Position numbers and translations under genes: made by a program. A DNA stretch of 64,000 bases from Bdellovibrionota bacterium (GTDB lineage: Bacteria; Bdellovibrionota_C; UBA2361; JBGSMV01), in the NCBI GenBank assembly GCA_041739995.1, contig JBGSMV010000040.1, positions 64,001 through 128,000 of the forward strand, read 5' to 3'. How positions within the stretch are numbered: the first letter of the stretch is position 1; each line of letters starts with the position of its first letter. The notes below the pieces were generated by a model, which saw only the letters and a program-made list of their open reading frames with translations, did not search any database and was not told the DNA's origin. Shown one piece after another: positions 38,955-49,535 of this stretch.

Positions 38955-39440
38955 CTATCGATCCTTGTCGCCTTCTTGAGACTCGAGAAGAAGTCTGCCG
39001 CGTTCGAAGTGCTGCCAAATTGCGCCCGCCAAAGCGATCACTCCAATGCCACTAATGAAAACAGAGAAAGCGATCAGCAGATAGTATAACGCTGCGGCTG
39101 AGGTGCCGTACTGAGTGGCTACAAGGCCAACAACGCCAAACCCAAGCGCACATCCTAGGACCCATGCGAGTGCCAGGGTGAAGGAGCGCCGTACCCAGAT
39201 AAAAGTCAGCGACAATAAGAACAACGCTACGCACAAGACCTGCCCAAGGAACGGAACAAACAAACCTACGCACAATGCAAAGGGCGCCACCAGTGCGGCC
39301 CCGCCTCCGAACAAAAACAAGTCACGCCAAGGGGACACTTGAGCGGCACTGGCCGCCGAGGCCTTTCGGACCTCCTTTCGCCAGCTACGTTCAATATCGT
39401 TGAGCGAAATTCCCATGGTAGTTCCCAAAGTATGCTCCAA
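38955..39440 (-). CDS. Hypothetical membrane protein (about 4 TM)
   Basis: Hydrophobic 161-aa ORF; the start may be at 39416. Confidence 0.7.
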   Translation of the reverse strand: MEHTLGTTMGISLNDIERSWRKEVRKASAASAAQVSPWRDLFLFGGGAALVAPFALCVGLFVPFLGQVLCVALFLLSLTFIWVRRSFTLALAWVLGCALGFGVVGLVATQYGTSAAALYYLLIAFSVFISGIGVIALAGAIWQHFERGRLLLESQEGDKDR

Positions 39441-39773
39441 TTAGTTTCAGTTTTAAGTCTTCCATTTCAATTTACTGAGACTGTGACGTCGCCCAGGCTG
39501 CTCTATCGTCCAATTCTAATGGGCCACAAGCAAGGGCGACCCCCTTCACCCTAGTCAGAGCATCCCACTTCGTGCGACACAATGGTGAAGGAATAGCCCT
39601 CTCTCCACAGACCTCTAGCCCACTAGCTTGCTGAGTCAGGAGCCCATTTAAGTATTTTTCTCGCTGTTCTCGCTGAACTCGTTGTGTAATTCATTAAATA
39701 TATTCACAAAGAGGGCGGCGAGCGGGGCGAGGATTATTCATCGAACTATTACCTGAGAATACTAGAACGCGAA

Positions 39774-41342
39774 ATGAAATCTTCAGGTACTAAACACATT
39801 GAAGCCTCTGAGGGCTCAGCAAGCCGCTCACTTTTCATCGCGTTCTTAGTGCCTCTACTTGTTTGCACTTTTTACCTCACACTCAACTGGTCGGCATTGC
39901 TCACTTCCTGCGAAAAAGGCGCGGACCATGAACTCATGGGTATCTCCATAGAGCTGGCCAAACGCGGTGAAGCATTGACGGGAGCATACAGCCGCTTTGG
40001 CTTCAGACACCCCGGCCCGGTCATGTCTTACTACTACGCACTGAGTGAGAGCGCCTGGAGCACATTAGCACCCGGAACCAGCACTCCGATGGGCATGCAC
40101 TTGGTTGCTCAGGTGCTATTTAATATCGCCTGCCTGCTCGTGGTCGCTTATTGGTTCACGACCAATTTTCCAATTCTCCGTAGAGCAGGACTCTCATGCG
40201 CAGTCGTTCCAATTTCTTTTCTTGCCTGGTGGGGTGCAGGACGCACGTTTCTACACGACTACTGGAATCCCACCGTCACCATAGCTCCAATGATGGTGTT
40301 TCTTCTTTCAGGAGCAAGCTTGCTCGCCGGAAAACTCCGCTGGTTACCTTTCTTTTGTCTTTCAGGCGTGGTTCTGGTGCATAGCCATCTGAGCGCAGCG
40401 CCACTCGCACTCATGGCCTGGGCAATCGTAATAGTTGGCAGCACTTTAAGAATTCGCGCCGAACACCGCAGTATACTTTCTGCACTTCGAAAATATAAGT
40501 TCTCTTGTTTGAGCGCTCTCGCTATCCTCTCACTCGGCCTAACTCCACCGTTGATTGAAGCACTTACGGTCCCTCAATTTGGGAATGTCGGAGCGATTGT
40601 CGCCTCACTCTCGAATGGAGTACCTTCGGGAAGCCTTAGTGCGGCGTTTCACTGGATCGGTGGATATTTTACTTTTCAACTTCCGATTCCGAAAGTTCTT
40701 GCCCTTCTTCTCTCATCCTTACTACTAGTACTCATCGCTGTTCGAACGCGCAACGAGTCGCGCTACGCAGCCATATTGTGCTTGTCCGTCATTATCGCCG
40801 CCCTACTCTCGGCTTCTCAGGTTCGTGGCCAGTGGGACCCCTACATTCTTCGAAGTATGCTGGGCGTCTCGGCAGTCTCATTGCTACTAGTATTTTTCTC
40901 GACCTGCACCGCTGTTTTCCGCCAAATCGAGGCATGTCCAAGTGGTCGAATCGGGATATTGACGCTCCTCTTTTCCGTCGCTTGCGGCTATGCACTTCTT
41001 CCAAAGCCATTTACTCCGCGCGCGCAAAAGTGCGGGCGCATCGCAAAGCCATTCATCGATGCGCTGCAACCAAAGGCCACCGACTACTTCCGTTTGGAAA
41101 TCAGCGACCACGCGGCCTGGCCCTTCGCTGCTCCGTTTGGCCTATCATTGCTCCGCCATGGCGCAAGCTTTTGCGTCTCCGAAGAATGGCGTTATCTGTT
41201 TGATTCAGCACTGGTGTGCCGCTCGTCATCAGATCAGCCTCGCCTACTAGTTGTTTATAGAGCGTTTCCGGATCCTCTTCCTGAGCGCCTACAGCAAATG
41301 CAATCGTTCACTGGGCCAATCAATACTTTATTTTGGGAGTAA
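39774..41342 (+). CDS. Polytopic membrane protein, possibly GT-C glycosyltransferase-like
   Basis: Many TM segments, a first loop with GAYSRFGFRHPGP, WNP, HSH, and a soluble C-terminal domain. Function is inferred from the architecture only. Confidence 0.6.
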   Translation: MKSSGTKHIEASEGSASRSLFIAFLVPLLVCTFYLTLNWSALLTSCEKGADHELMGISIELAKRGEALTGAYSRFGFRHPGPVMSYYYALSESAWSTLAPGTSTPMGMHLVAQVLFNIACLLVVAYWFTTNFPILRRAGLSCAVVPISFLAWWGAGRTFLHDYWNPTVTIAPMMVFLLSGASLLAGKLRWLPFFCLSGVVLVHSHLSAAPLALMAWAIVIVGSTLRIRAEHRSILSALRKYKFSCLSALAILSLGLTPPLIEALTVPQFGNVGAIVASLSNGVPSGSLSAAFHWIGGYFTFQLPIPKVLALLLSSLLLVLIAVRTRNESRYAAILCLSVIIAALLSASQVRGQWDPYILRSMLGVSAVSLLLVFFSTCTAVFRQIEACPSGRIGILTLLFSVACGYALLPKPFTPRAQKCGRIAKPFIDALQPKATDYFRLEISDHAAWPFAAPFGLSLLRHGASFCVSEEWRYLFDSALVCRSSSDQPRLLVVYRAFPDPLPERLQQMQSFTGPINTLFWE

Positions 41343-42515
41343 GTTATCCGCTGGATTTCTTAACGGCTTTCCCAAGGCCGTTCGTGCAATACTCGGGACC
41401 ACCTGAACGCGCCGAATTCTTCCCGCACCAGAAACTCTCTCGTTGAAAACTGCGGCAAGTTGCTCACCGGTAGTTCTATCAACTGCAAGAAGCTCCACTG
41501 CGGCCCCGAGTCTTTCGTCGTCCACTATTTGCAGGCTCGCCTCAGTCACATAGGGCACCGCGAGCTGTGCCGCCACCAACTCCGCTTCAAGTTGTTGGCG
41601 TTCGACCAGTTCTCCACCAATTTTAAAAGCTTCTCCTACCCGACCATGCACCACCAAGCTCGCCACAATAGAACCTTCCATGGTCAGAGAGGCTCGGTCG
41701 CTACTGGTGAACCAGCCGTCCTGTTTAGGATCCGAAAATTGATATTTTCCGCTCGCACCTGCTTCAAGATAACCCTCGAACATCGATGCCGCCCGCGCTT
41801 GAAGAATCTGGTCCACCCCGGTCCTCACCTCAACTTGATCAAGGGGCCGCATCACAGGAAAAACATCGTGTGTGAGAGATTCCAGTGATGCGGTGGCAAT
41901 TTGAGAACCAGTCTCTGTCATTCCGTAGCTCGTCAGTACAGGCCACCCCAGAGCTCTTGCCGCGACAAAAAGCAGCGGGGCAAGCGCTTGGCCACCGATT
42001 ACTAAAACTCTCAAATTCTTTGGCGCAGCGAACTTAGCTCGAACCAAATCAAACAACTGAGCGGGCACGAGAGAGCACAGAGTGGCCTGTGACGCATTCA
42101 AATCGTCGACAAAGATGCGCGGATCCCATGCCGCTTGATTTCCCACCGTACGCACCATGCGCAACCCCGCTTCACGCGCACGGTACTGAATTCCGAGACC
42201 CCCTACGTGGAAATCCGGCAGAGCGCTTAACCACGCGTCTTCTGGCTGAACCTGCAAATGCTTGTTCACCGCGCACGCTGAGCGCCGCATACTGCTATCC
42301 GAGTGCACGACGATTTTTGGCAAAGCACCTACCGCTCTGGTGGTGCCCGAACTGGCTATCCAAACCTTGTCGGTCCCCCCTTGCCTCTGCGTCATTTCGT
42401 GCAGCTTTGCCTGCACTTCTGAAGGGAGCCTTGGATCACACAAAAGCGCACTTCGTTGAGCGCCCGGCAAAATCGGCAAGGATCCGTGCGGCCCATCGTT
42501 AAAGACGAAAGTCAT
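41328..42515 (-). CDS. menE: o-succinylbenzoate-CoA ligase
   Basis: SSGTT, LPDFHVGGLGI, SYGMTETGSQ, GWFTSSD; located in the men operon. Confidence 0.88.
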   Translation of the reverse strand: MTFVFNDGPHGSLPILPGAQRSALLCDPRLPSEVQAKLHEMTQRQGGTDKVWIASSGTTRAVGALPKIVVHSDSSMRRSACAVNKHLQVQPEDAWLSALPDFHVGGLGIQYRAREAGLRMVRTVGNQAAWDPRIFVDDLNASQATLCSLVPAQLFDLVRAKFAAPKNLRVLVIGGQALAPLLFVAARALGWPVLTSYGMTETGSQIATASLESLTHDVFPVMRPLDQVEVRTGVDQILQARAASMFEGYLEAGASGKYQFSDPKQDGWFTSSDRASLTMEGSIVASLVVHGRVGEAFKIGGELVERQQLEAELVAAQLAVPYVTEASLQIVDDERLGAAVELLAVDRTTGEQLAAVFNERVSGAGRIRRVQVVPSIARTALGKPLRNPADNLLPK

Positions 42516-43492
42516 GTGACGCTCATTAATGAGTTAGAGGTGAGAGCACTGACTACAAGAGCGCAAGCCAGCAGGAATCCAAACATCAAATGCAGCAACG
42601 CCGCACGCATTAGGATCACATTGTACTCACGACTCGGCTCGGTGCGATAAACTTTGAGAACCACCCCGATCGCTAAGGGAAGTGCGAGCAAAGGCAGAAA
42701 GCGGACGATCGTAGCCTCCCACCACCACAATCCCAAAATGAAGGGCGACACTGCCGCCACTGCAATTTCAACCCGCGCGCCTGAACGCCCGAGCATCACG
42801 GCTAGGGTTTTCTTTCCGACTGCGCGATCGCCTTGGATGTCGCGCAAGTTGTTTATTGCTATGAGCACCACCGCCGGAAGGCCGACCTGAATTCCGGCAA
42901 TCAGGCCATTGACGGGCACCGCTCCCACGAGAAGAAACGCAGTGCCAAGCACTGCGATGACTCCAAAAAAAATCAGCACAAACAAGTCCCCAAGCCCATG
43001 ATACGCGAGCGGATAGGGTCCTCCGGTATAGCAATATCCAAACAGCAAAGAGGCTATTCCAATGACTAGAATCGGCAGCCCTCCTGCCCACACCAGCACT
43101 GCTCCCGAAACCAGCGCGATGCCAAAAGATAGATATGCGGCACGAAACACCTGGCTTGGAGAGAGTAGTCCCTGAGCGGTAACTCGCACGGGACCCAAAC
43201 GGTCCGTGGTGTCGGCCCCCTTCTTGAAGTCAATCGCATCATTGAAAAAATTAGTACCAATTTGAATCGCGAGGGCGCTCACTAGCACCACACCAACTAG
43301 CCACCAATGTAGGTCGGTAGTCTCTAAAGAATTGGCACCATGAAGCATCGCTACTGCTGCGCCAACTAGCACAGGAATCGCCGCCGCAGTTAATGTCTTT
43401 GGACGCGCCGCAAGAATATAAGCCCTCAAATCGCTCTGCCGAGACGCGAGCGCTTTCGATTCGACTATGTTCTGTATTGTCTGTGTTGCCAT
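42512..43492 (-). CDS. menA: 1,4-dihydroxy-2-naphthoate prenyltransferase
   Basis: ARPKTL, QIGTNFFNDAIDFKKGAD, YTGGPYPLAY, INNLRDIQGD. Confidence 0.96.
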   Translation of the reverse strand: MATQTIQNIVESKALASRQSDLRAYILAARPKTLTAAAIPVLVGAAVAMLHGANSLETTDLHWWLVGVVLVSALAIQIGTNFFNDAIDFKKGADTTDRLGPVRVTAQGLLSPSQVFRAAYLSFGIALVSGAVLVWAGGLPILVIGIASLLFGYCYTGGPYPLAYHGLGDLFVLIFFGVIAVLGTAFLLVGAVPVNGLIAGIQVGLPAVVLIAINNLRDIQGDRAVGKKTLAVMLGRSGARVEIAVAAVSPFILGLWWWEATIVRFLPLLALPLAIGVVLKVYRTEPSREYNVILMRAALLHLMFGFLLACALVVSALTSNSLMSVT

Positions 43493-43537
43493 CTAAATCG
43501 CATCAGATCTTAGAGCGGAAGAAATCTTAGGAAGAAA

Positions 43538-44398
43538 CTAAGGCAGTCGCTTGAACTTTCCAAAATCTGGCCGCCGCTTCTGCACGTATGCATCTCGACC
43601 CTCCTGGGCTTCCTCACTCATATAGTAGAGCAGGGTCGCATTACCAGCGAGGTCAAGTAGTCCCATCTGGCCATCACAGTCGGCGTTCAGCGCCGACTTT
43701 AAGCAGCGCAGCGCCAGCGGTGAGAGCTCTAGCATTTCACGACAAACTTTTAATGTTTCTGCTTCAAGCTGAGCGAGTGGCACCACCCAATTCACTAAAC
43801 CCATTTTAAGCGCCTCGGCGGCATCATACTGTCGACACAAGAACCAAATTTCTCTGGCTTTCTTCTGCCCTACGATGCGAGCGAGATAAGAACTTCCCAG
43901 TCCTCCGTCAAACGAGCCCACGCGCGGGCCAGTCTGCCCAAATCGCGCATTATCGGCCGCCACAGTGAGATCGCACACCACATGCAGCACGTGTCCCCCA
44001 CCTATCGCATAGCCTGCCACCATCGCGACGACGGGCTTCGGCAAAGAGCGAATTTGCTTCTGAAGGTCTAAAACATTTAGGCGTGGCACTCCGTGCGGGT
44101 CAGTGTAGCCAGCATTTCCTCGAATACGCTGATCGCCTCCGGAACAAAACGCTTCGTTGCCGGCGCCGGTTAACACCACTACCCCAATGGACTCGTCGTC
44201 ACGCGCCAAGTTGAAGGCGTCCAGCATCTCCGTCACGGTTTGTGGGCGGAACGCATTGCGCACTTCTGGGCGATTGATGGTTACTTTTGCCACACCATCT
44301 TCGGTGCACTCGAACTTGATATCTTCGTAGTCTTTAAGGGACTTCCACATAACGGCATTCCTCACGGGCAAATTACTAAGGTCGCTTGAGGCAGCCAT
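43538..44398 (-). CDS. menB: 1,4-dihydroxy-2-naphthoyl-CoA synthase
   Basis: [45 protein letters not shown]. Confidence 0.98.
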   Translation of the reverse strand: MAASSDLSNLPVRNAVMWKSLKDYEDIKFECTEDGVAKVTINRPEVRNAFRPQTVTEMLDAFNLARDDESIGVVVLTGAGNEAFCSGGDQRIRGNAGYTDPHGVPRLNVLDLQKQIRSLPKPVVAMVAGYAIGGGHVLHVVCDLTVAADNARFGQTGPRVGSFDGGLGSSYLARIVGQKKAREIWFLCRQYDAAEALKMGLVNWVVPLAQLEAETLKVCREMLELSPLALRCLKSALNADCDGQMGLLDLAGNATLLYYMSEEAQEGRDAYVQKRRPDFGKFKRLP

Positions 44399-44606
44399 TG
44401 TGCTCAACTCCTGGCTTAGTTTCAAATCCGTGCGCAGGTATGCGGTACGCCTCTATTGGGGCGTCAAGTGCATGGATGTACTTGGAAATTTCTGATGCTC
44501 GGAGCGCGCCGGGCTGCACTGGCTGTAACAAACCGTCGCCCCCTAAGGCGAAAGCTGCCGGGAAAGCACCTATCAGATTACAGTTAGAGAACCTACTGAA
44601 AAACAA

Positions 44607-44636
44607 CCCTTAGTGGTTTTCGTGGTCTTAGTGGTG
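44607..44636 (-). repeat. Dispersed short repeat, family B copy 2, in the menD-menB gap
   Basis: Reverse complement reads caccactaagaccacgaaaaccactaaggg, 2 mismatches to 33775..33804. Confidence 0.75.
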
Positions 44637-44707
44637 CAAATAAACTTTGGAAATGGGCCGAAGTTTGATTAGACCACGAGGGTAAAGCGCGGTTCAGATT
44701 CCAAAGA

Positions 44708-46435
44708 TTAACGCCCGAAGCTCTCGAACTCGTTCCAAAACGCGGCTGTAGCTTCAGGGTCTGGGCGAGCCTCTACTACTAGACGCGACGTATCGCGGCT
44801 GAACTCGCCTTTCCCGCTCCAAGTCTCAAAACTCATGCCCCACATTTGCGCCCAACCGGCGAATGACGTGTCGTGCTGGTTAAGAAACGACGGAGACTTG
44901 AACATGCGAGAGAATATCTGGCCGCCACCGTTGTGGATCACCACGATACGAATCGGGGCAGCGGTCACAAGACGCAGCGCCCATGGGGCACTCAAGTCAT
45001 AAAGTGCGGTGAGGTCCCCAAGTATCGCCCAGCGCTCGCGCTCATCTCTTCTCTCTGCGGGAGAGTCTTCTCCGGCGCATAACCCAAGAAAAGTAGAGAG
45101 CTGCCCGTCGATTCCATTCGCACCTCGACTGACCGAAAACGCTCGTGGCGGGGGATCTAATTGCCGCGCCAAATCCCATTCTCGTACCGGAAGGCTATTT
45201 CCAAGATAGATCAACGCGTCGCTCGGGATACGCCGATCGAGTTGCCGCAACAACCCTGGCTCGCTCTGAGGATAACGCGACAGCAAAGCATCAATGCCCT
45301 GTGCCTGTTCTCTATCACGAGCAAGCAACAACTCAAGCGCACCTTCATCCCGCGCTGCAAGGCTTGGCGCAAAGGACCTCAGGCACTCACCCACAGACGC
45401 TACCACCATCTCCCCTCGGCCCATCCCTACGAATGGTCGATCCGCAACTACGCACACCGGAATATGCCGATACTTCTCATCCAAATCACGCCACACCCTC
45501 GGCGCAGGCACCCCACCGATTCGTAAGACCGCGTCTATTTGATCGCGCGCCATCAGTCGCGCAACCGAGCTGTTTCCGGCTCTCAACATTAGGTGCGAGA
45601 TACGCGAAGAACTCTGCAACTGAGAACCAGCTTCAGCAAAAACCGGTGCGCGCAGGCGCAATAGAAACTCTTCAACTGCGGCTCGGTCAGGCAACGACAA
45701 AGGACCAACAATTACCAAGGGAGAGCGGCTCCCTCTCAAAAAACGAGCAAGTCGCTCGTGCGCACCTTGCAGCGCCTCACCGCTAAGAGGATTAAAAAGG
45801 ACTTGGGGTTCCTGCCCGACCAACCTCTCTACCGACACAGGCAGTGCGGGATTTGACCGTAACCAATCGTCAATCGCTTTCGATTCTGAAAACGTCGCCG
45901 GAAGAACCGGTTCATCAAAACAAATATTCAGGTGACACGGAGCATTGGTAAAGGAAAACGAATCGGGAATCTCCTCCTTCTCCTCAATGTCGAATCGCGA
46001 GGCCACGTATGGACCGTACAAAAACTCTTGTTCAATCGCCTGCGGTGCCCCACTGCCGCGTAGTCGTTTCGGACGATCGCTGGTTACTAACACCAGGGCA
46101 TCGCCGCTATACCAAGCCTCTACCGCTGCCGGTAAAAGCTCAGCACAAGCGGTGCCTGATGTGGTGCACACCGCCACAGGCGCGGCTTTTCCAGAAGCAC
46201 GCAGCTCGCGGCACCTTCCAATAGCAAAAAACCCAGCAGAGCGTTCGTCGAAAAACGAATGTACGCGAAGCTGAGGAAAACGCTTCGCCGCAGCTTCTAG
46301 CAGCACCACGAAAGGCGCGTTTCGTCGTCCAGGACAAACACAGAATTCACGTACGCCCTGTGTTATCAGCGCTTCACAAACACTCGATGCAAGTGCGAGA
46401 GAGGTGTCGGCATTCCTTTCAGTATCCGTCTTCAT
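44708..46435 (-). CDS. menD: SEPHCHC synthase
   Basis: FDERSAGFFAIG, CTTSGTA, TSDRP, GNSLPVRE, SRGANGIDG, GDLTALYD...HNGGGQIF. Confidence 0.96.
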   Translation of the reverse strand: MKTDTERNADTSLALASSVCEALITQGVREFCVCPGRRNAPFVVLLEAAAKRFPQLRVHSFFDERSAGFFAIGRCRELRASGKAAPVAVCTTSGTACAELLPAAVEAWYSGDALVLVTSDRPKRLRGSGAPQAIEQEFLYGPYVASRFDIEEKEEIPDSFSFTNAPCHLNICFDEPVLPATFSESKAIDDWLRSNPALPVSVERLVGQEPQVLFNPLSGEALQGAHERLARFLRGSRSPLVIVGPLSLPDRAAVEEFLLRLRAPVFAEAGSQLQSSSRISHLMLRAGNSSVARLMARDQIDAVLRIGGVPAPRVWRDLDEKYRHIPVCVVADRPFVGMGRGEMVVASVGECLRSFAPSLAARDEGALELLLARDREQAQGIDALLSRYPQSEPGLLRQLDRRIPSDALIYLGNSLPVREWDLARQLDPPPRAFSVSRGANGIDGQLSTFLGLCAGEDSPAERRDERERWAILGDLTALYDLSAPWALRLVTAAPIRIVVIHNGGGQIFSRMFKSPSFLNQHDTSFAGWAQMWGMSFETWSGKGEFSRDTSRLVVEARPDPEATAAFWNEFESFGR

Positions 46436-46447
46436 CTCAGTAATTTT

Positions 46448-47554
46448 TTAAACGCCTAGCATGTGGTGCACCGAGTCACGCTTTGCCGCAAGTTCAGCCC
46501 ATTCGGTTTCAAGTACGCTTTCTGAAACTACGCCACAACCTGACCCTAGCAATAATTCAAGATTTCCCTGTTGGTCTGCACGCCATTGCACGCCACGAAT
46601 GGCGATGCAGCTCTCTGCTGCGCCGTCTGGAAACTGCACCCCAAAGGGAGCACCAAATGATCCGCGCGGCATTTCCTTATCCATATCACGCAGCCACTCC
46701 CATCCGAGGTGCCGCGGGCTGACGCCTAGCGCAGGAGTAGGATGAAGAAGACGCGAGAGTTCGAACACGCCAACCTCGTCCCGTGCGATTACCTTTATCG
46801 GGGTCTTTAGATGCAGTAGCCGAGGCAGCACCTGTACAGTGGTCTGTTCCACTAACGGCTCACCAATCGACGACAATCGTTCACGCAAATAATCAACCAC
46901 CAATTGATGCTCGTGAATCTGTTTTGGATCTCTGGTGAGTGCTTCGTTTCCTTCGTCACGCTCGACTGTCCCGGCAAGAGCACAGGCGCTAATGGCGCGC
47001 CGCTCGCGCACTGAAACCAGCAGCTCTGGAGAAGCGCCAATGATTCCCCATTGCCCCGTCCACAATCCGTAAGGAATCAGAGGTTCGGGTACTCGCAAAG
47101 AACCTAAGAGCATTTGAGCAAGGTGGGCGGTATGTAGTGGACCAGAAGACCGTTCGAAAGCTACAGGGACGGCCTTGTTCCATCGACCAGAGCGAATTTC
47201 TCTTTGCACCTGAAGGAATCGTCTTCGAAAGGCATGAAAATCAGGAGATTGCCATTCTAGTGGCTGAACTTCGTCGCTCATTTCCATGGCCGATTCGAGC
47301 GCATCAATAACACTGGCGCGAGTTACGTGTAGGAGTTCCGTCGGGCAAGCCCAGGAACCAGCGCCGGTCGGTCCGCCAGACGAGAGAAAGAAATCGGGGG
47401 TATAGAAGGATGCTTGTTCGGCGCTCGGCGACGAACTCCATTTGAACTCTCCGAGTCCAATTAGGACGCTCTCAGGCGTGACCCCGTACATCACTCCGTG
47501 GGAGAGAAGTGCAGATACCAGCGCAACATCAAATTCTTGAACTTTAGAAAACAT
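46448..47554 (-). CDS. menF: Isochorismate synthase
   Basis: GASPELL, ALAGT, KQIHEHQLVV, HLKTP, LHPTPALG, GCGVV. Confidence 0.9.
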   Translation of the reverse strand: MFSKVQEFDVALVSALLSHGVMYGVTPESVLIGLGEFKWSSSPSAEQASFYTPDFFLSSGGPTGAGSWACPTELLHVTRASVIDALESAMEMSDEVQPLEWQSPDFHAFRRRFLQVQREIRSGRWNKAVPVAFERSSGPLHTAHLAQMLLGSLRVPEPLIPYGLWTGQWGIIGASPELLVSVRERRAISACALAGTVERDEGNEALTRDPKQIHEHQLVVDYLRERLSSIGEPLVEQTTVQVLPRLLHLKTPIKVIARDEVGVFELSRLLHPTPALGVSPRHLGWEWLRDMDKEMPRGSFGAPFGVQFPDGAAESCIAIRGVQWRADQQGNLELLLGSGCGVVSESVLETEWAELAAKRDSVHHMLGV

Positions 47555-47696
47555 AACCTCTACAAGCCGCTCAGTACGTCACTACCAGGAGCGAAGGCAT
47601 TAATAATACGGCAGCGCTATTCTCTCCGAAGGGCCTCGCGTGCTACCTAGCAGATGATAGCGAGACTGGTACGCAAATGAAATCTCTTGGGACCGT

Positions 47697-48482
47697 ATGA
47701 CCGAGGCGCTTGGCACAAATACCCCTGACCACCATTCCCCTGGTTCCGATTCCTCATGTCCGCAAACATCGGGCGCCACGCCCGCCAGTCGAGACCCGCG
47801 CTCGATCCAGGCCATGTTCGACTCTATCGCCAAGCGCTATGACCTAGCCAACACAGTGCTTTCCTTTGGAATTCATCATTGGTGGCGTCGCTCCCTGGTA
47901 AAGGCCAGTGGCGTTACCGCAGGGGCTTCAGTGCTTGACGCGGCCACTGGCACCGGAGATCTGGCCTTCGCTTTTGCCAGGACTCTCGGTGCCACTGGAA
48001 GGGTCATTGGCGGAGATTTTTCTGAGCAAATGCTTGAGTGTGCACGGGAAAAACAACAAGGCCGATGGCCATGGCTCTCCTTCCAATCCGCCGATGTGAT
48101 GTCACTGCCCTTCGCCGACTGCTCCTTCGATGCGGTATCAATCTCATTTGGCATCAGAAATGTAGCAGATCCAGAGCGTGGTCTTTCTGAACTTGCGCGG
48201 GTTCTTAAGCCAGGAGGTCGACTTATGGTGCTCGAGTTCGGCACCGGGTCCAACAATCTTTGGGGAACGCTATTTCGTTGGTACTCGACTAAAGTTCTGC
48301 CCGTGATTGGCGGCCTCGTTACTGGCAAGCCCGATGCCTATCGTTACTTAGAGAAAAGTTCAGCAGGATTCCCCAGTCGGGACGAATTCGCCGCTCTGAT
48401 CAAACGCTCTGCGAATTGGACATCGGTCAACTGGCGCAGTCTTAGTGGCGGCATTGCCTTTCTCTATACCGCTCAAAAATAG
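47697..48482 (+). CDS. menG: Demethylmenaquinone methyltransferase (UbiE/MenG)
   Basis: MFDSIAKRYDLAN, LDAATGTGD, SFGIRNV, RVLKPGG, AYRYL; divergent from the men operon. Confidence 0.93.
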   Translation: MTEALGTNTPDHHSPGSDSSCPQTSGATPASRDPRSIQAMFDSIAKRYDLANTVLSFGIHHWWRRSLVKASGVTAGASVLDAATGTGDLAFAFARTLGATGRVIGGDFSEQMLECAREKQQGRWPWLSFQSADVMSLPFADCSFDAVSISFGIRNVADPERGLSELARVLKPGGRLMVLEFGTGSNNLWGTLFRWYSTKVLPVIGGLVTGKPDAYRYLEKSSAGFPSRDEFAALIKRSANWTSVNWRSLSGGIAFLYTAQK

Positions 48483-48578
48483 TCCGGTTCGCTGCAACCG
48501 AACCTACCCGCCTCAAGGCGATAGTTCGGCAAACTTCGCCCGCGCCTCTTCTTCCACTGCAGGAACGCCTTCTCCGTC

Positions 48579-48761
48579 CTAGGAGTCTGTGCCACAGGTA
48601 CAAACGACGTCCCGCCGACTTGTCCCCCGAAGCTTTCCTATCCTCCGTAGCCTTCGCGAGCGAGGAAGCAAAAGGGGAAGCCTGCTCGAATTAAATGGCA
48701 GCACAGGCACAAGATAGCGAAGGCGGATCCTCATATACAGGGCTGTATTACAGACTCCTAG
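48579..48761. mobile_element. Putative MITE (non-autonomous element) with terminal inverted repeats and CTAG flanks
   Basis: tcctaggagtctgt (48577-48590) and acagactcctagga (48750-48763) form a perfect 14-bp inverted repeat that includes ctag at both ends. The interior has nested palindromic arms and no credible ORF. Confidence 0.65.
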
Positions 48762-48855
48762 GAAGAGCACGGAGACTCTGGGGCAAGAACTTCAGCATTT
48801 TTGGGAATTATCAAGGCCTTTGGCAGGCGCTGCTCCAGAAGTCCTCGTTTCAGTG

Positions 48856-48861
48856 TATAAT
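48856..48861 (+). promoter_or_regulatory. Possible sigma70 -10 box for the 48885 gene
   Basis: Perfect TATAAT 23 nt before the ATG; no clear -35. Confidence 0.35.
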
Positions 48862-48884
48862 TAAGGAGTAACATCAAGGATCCG

Positions 48885-49535
48885 ATGCTCCGACACCTCG
48901 CCTTCGTTTTTAGCATTCTCTTTGGGGTCGCTTCAGTTTCTCCAGAAAACTTACGCGCTGATTCTGAGCCTTGTAGTGACTATCGCTACAGTCAGCATTT
49001 TGAAGATCGAACTGGCTCTTCGTCGATCATCTCCAACATGTTTGGCTCAGACGATTCGATCAAGGCACAGCTGAGATCTATGCTCGAAGCTGCCGGATTA
49101 GCCCTGAAGCAGATGAAGCCCCCCACAGATCTGTGTCCCGTTCACTGTCAAGCACGCCCAAGTCCACAATTAGAATTTGCTGCTACCCCGCGAAAATTTC
49201 TCTCACGCTACAGCGACCAGCCGCGCTGCGATCAACACTTCGAAAAGACTTCGATCTTGCCAATAGTATTCAAAGGCGAAGTATTTTCCAGTTTCCAAGA
49301 CCTTTCAAAATCATTCTCTAGTGTGGCGCGCGGTTCGGGTGAAATGGGCGAGAAACTTTATGAACAATGTGACGGCTCCTGCAGTCCGCGCTACCGCATC
49401 TATGTGACTCCACAACCCGGAGGGCTGTTCCTCAGTCATTTAGAAGTTGTGTGCGGCCCCGCACGCGACAAAAGCACTTCGGAGTATAGGCTCTCTACCG
49501 CGATCACTTGGGGCTGTGAAGATCCCTCAAACTGA
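48885..49535 (+). CDS. Hypothetical secreted cysteine-containing protein
   Basis: Signal-peptide-like N-terminus; 8 Cys including CPVHC and CDGSC. Confidence 0.7.
   Translation: MLRHLAFVFSILFGVASVSPENLRADSEPCSDYRYSQHFEDRTGSSSIISNMFGSDDSIKAQLRSMLEAAGLALKQMKPPTDLCPVHCQARPSPQLEFAATPRKFLSRYSDQPRCDQHFEKTSILPIVFKGEVFSSFQDLSKSFSSVARGSGEMGEKLYEQCDGSCSPRYRIYVTPQPGGLFLSHLEVVCGPARDKSTSEYRLSTAITWGCEDPSN

Noticed and set aside
44376..44613. Small ORFs in the menD-menB gap as a possible menH
   Set aside because: Too short, with no GxSxG or other hydrolase motif.
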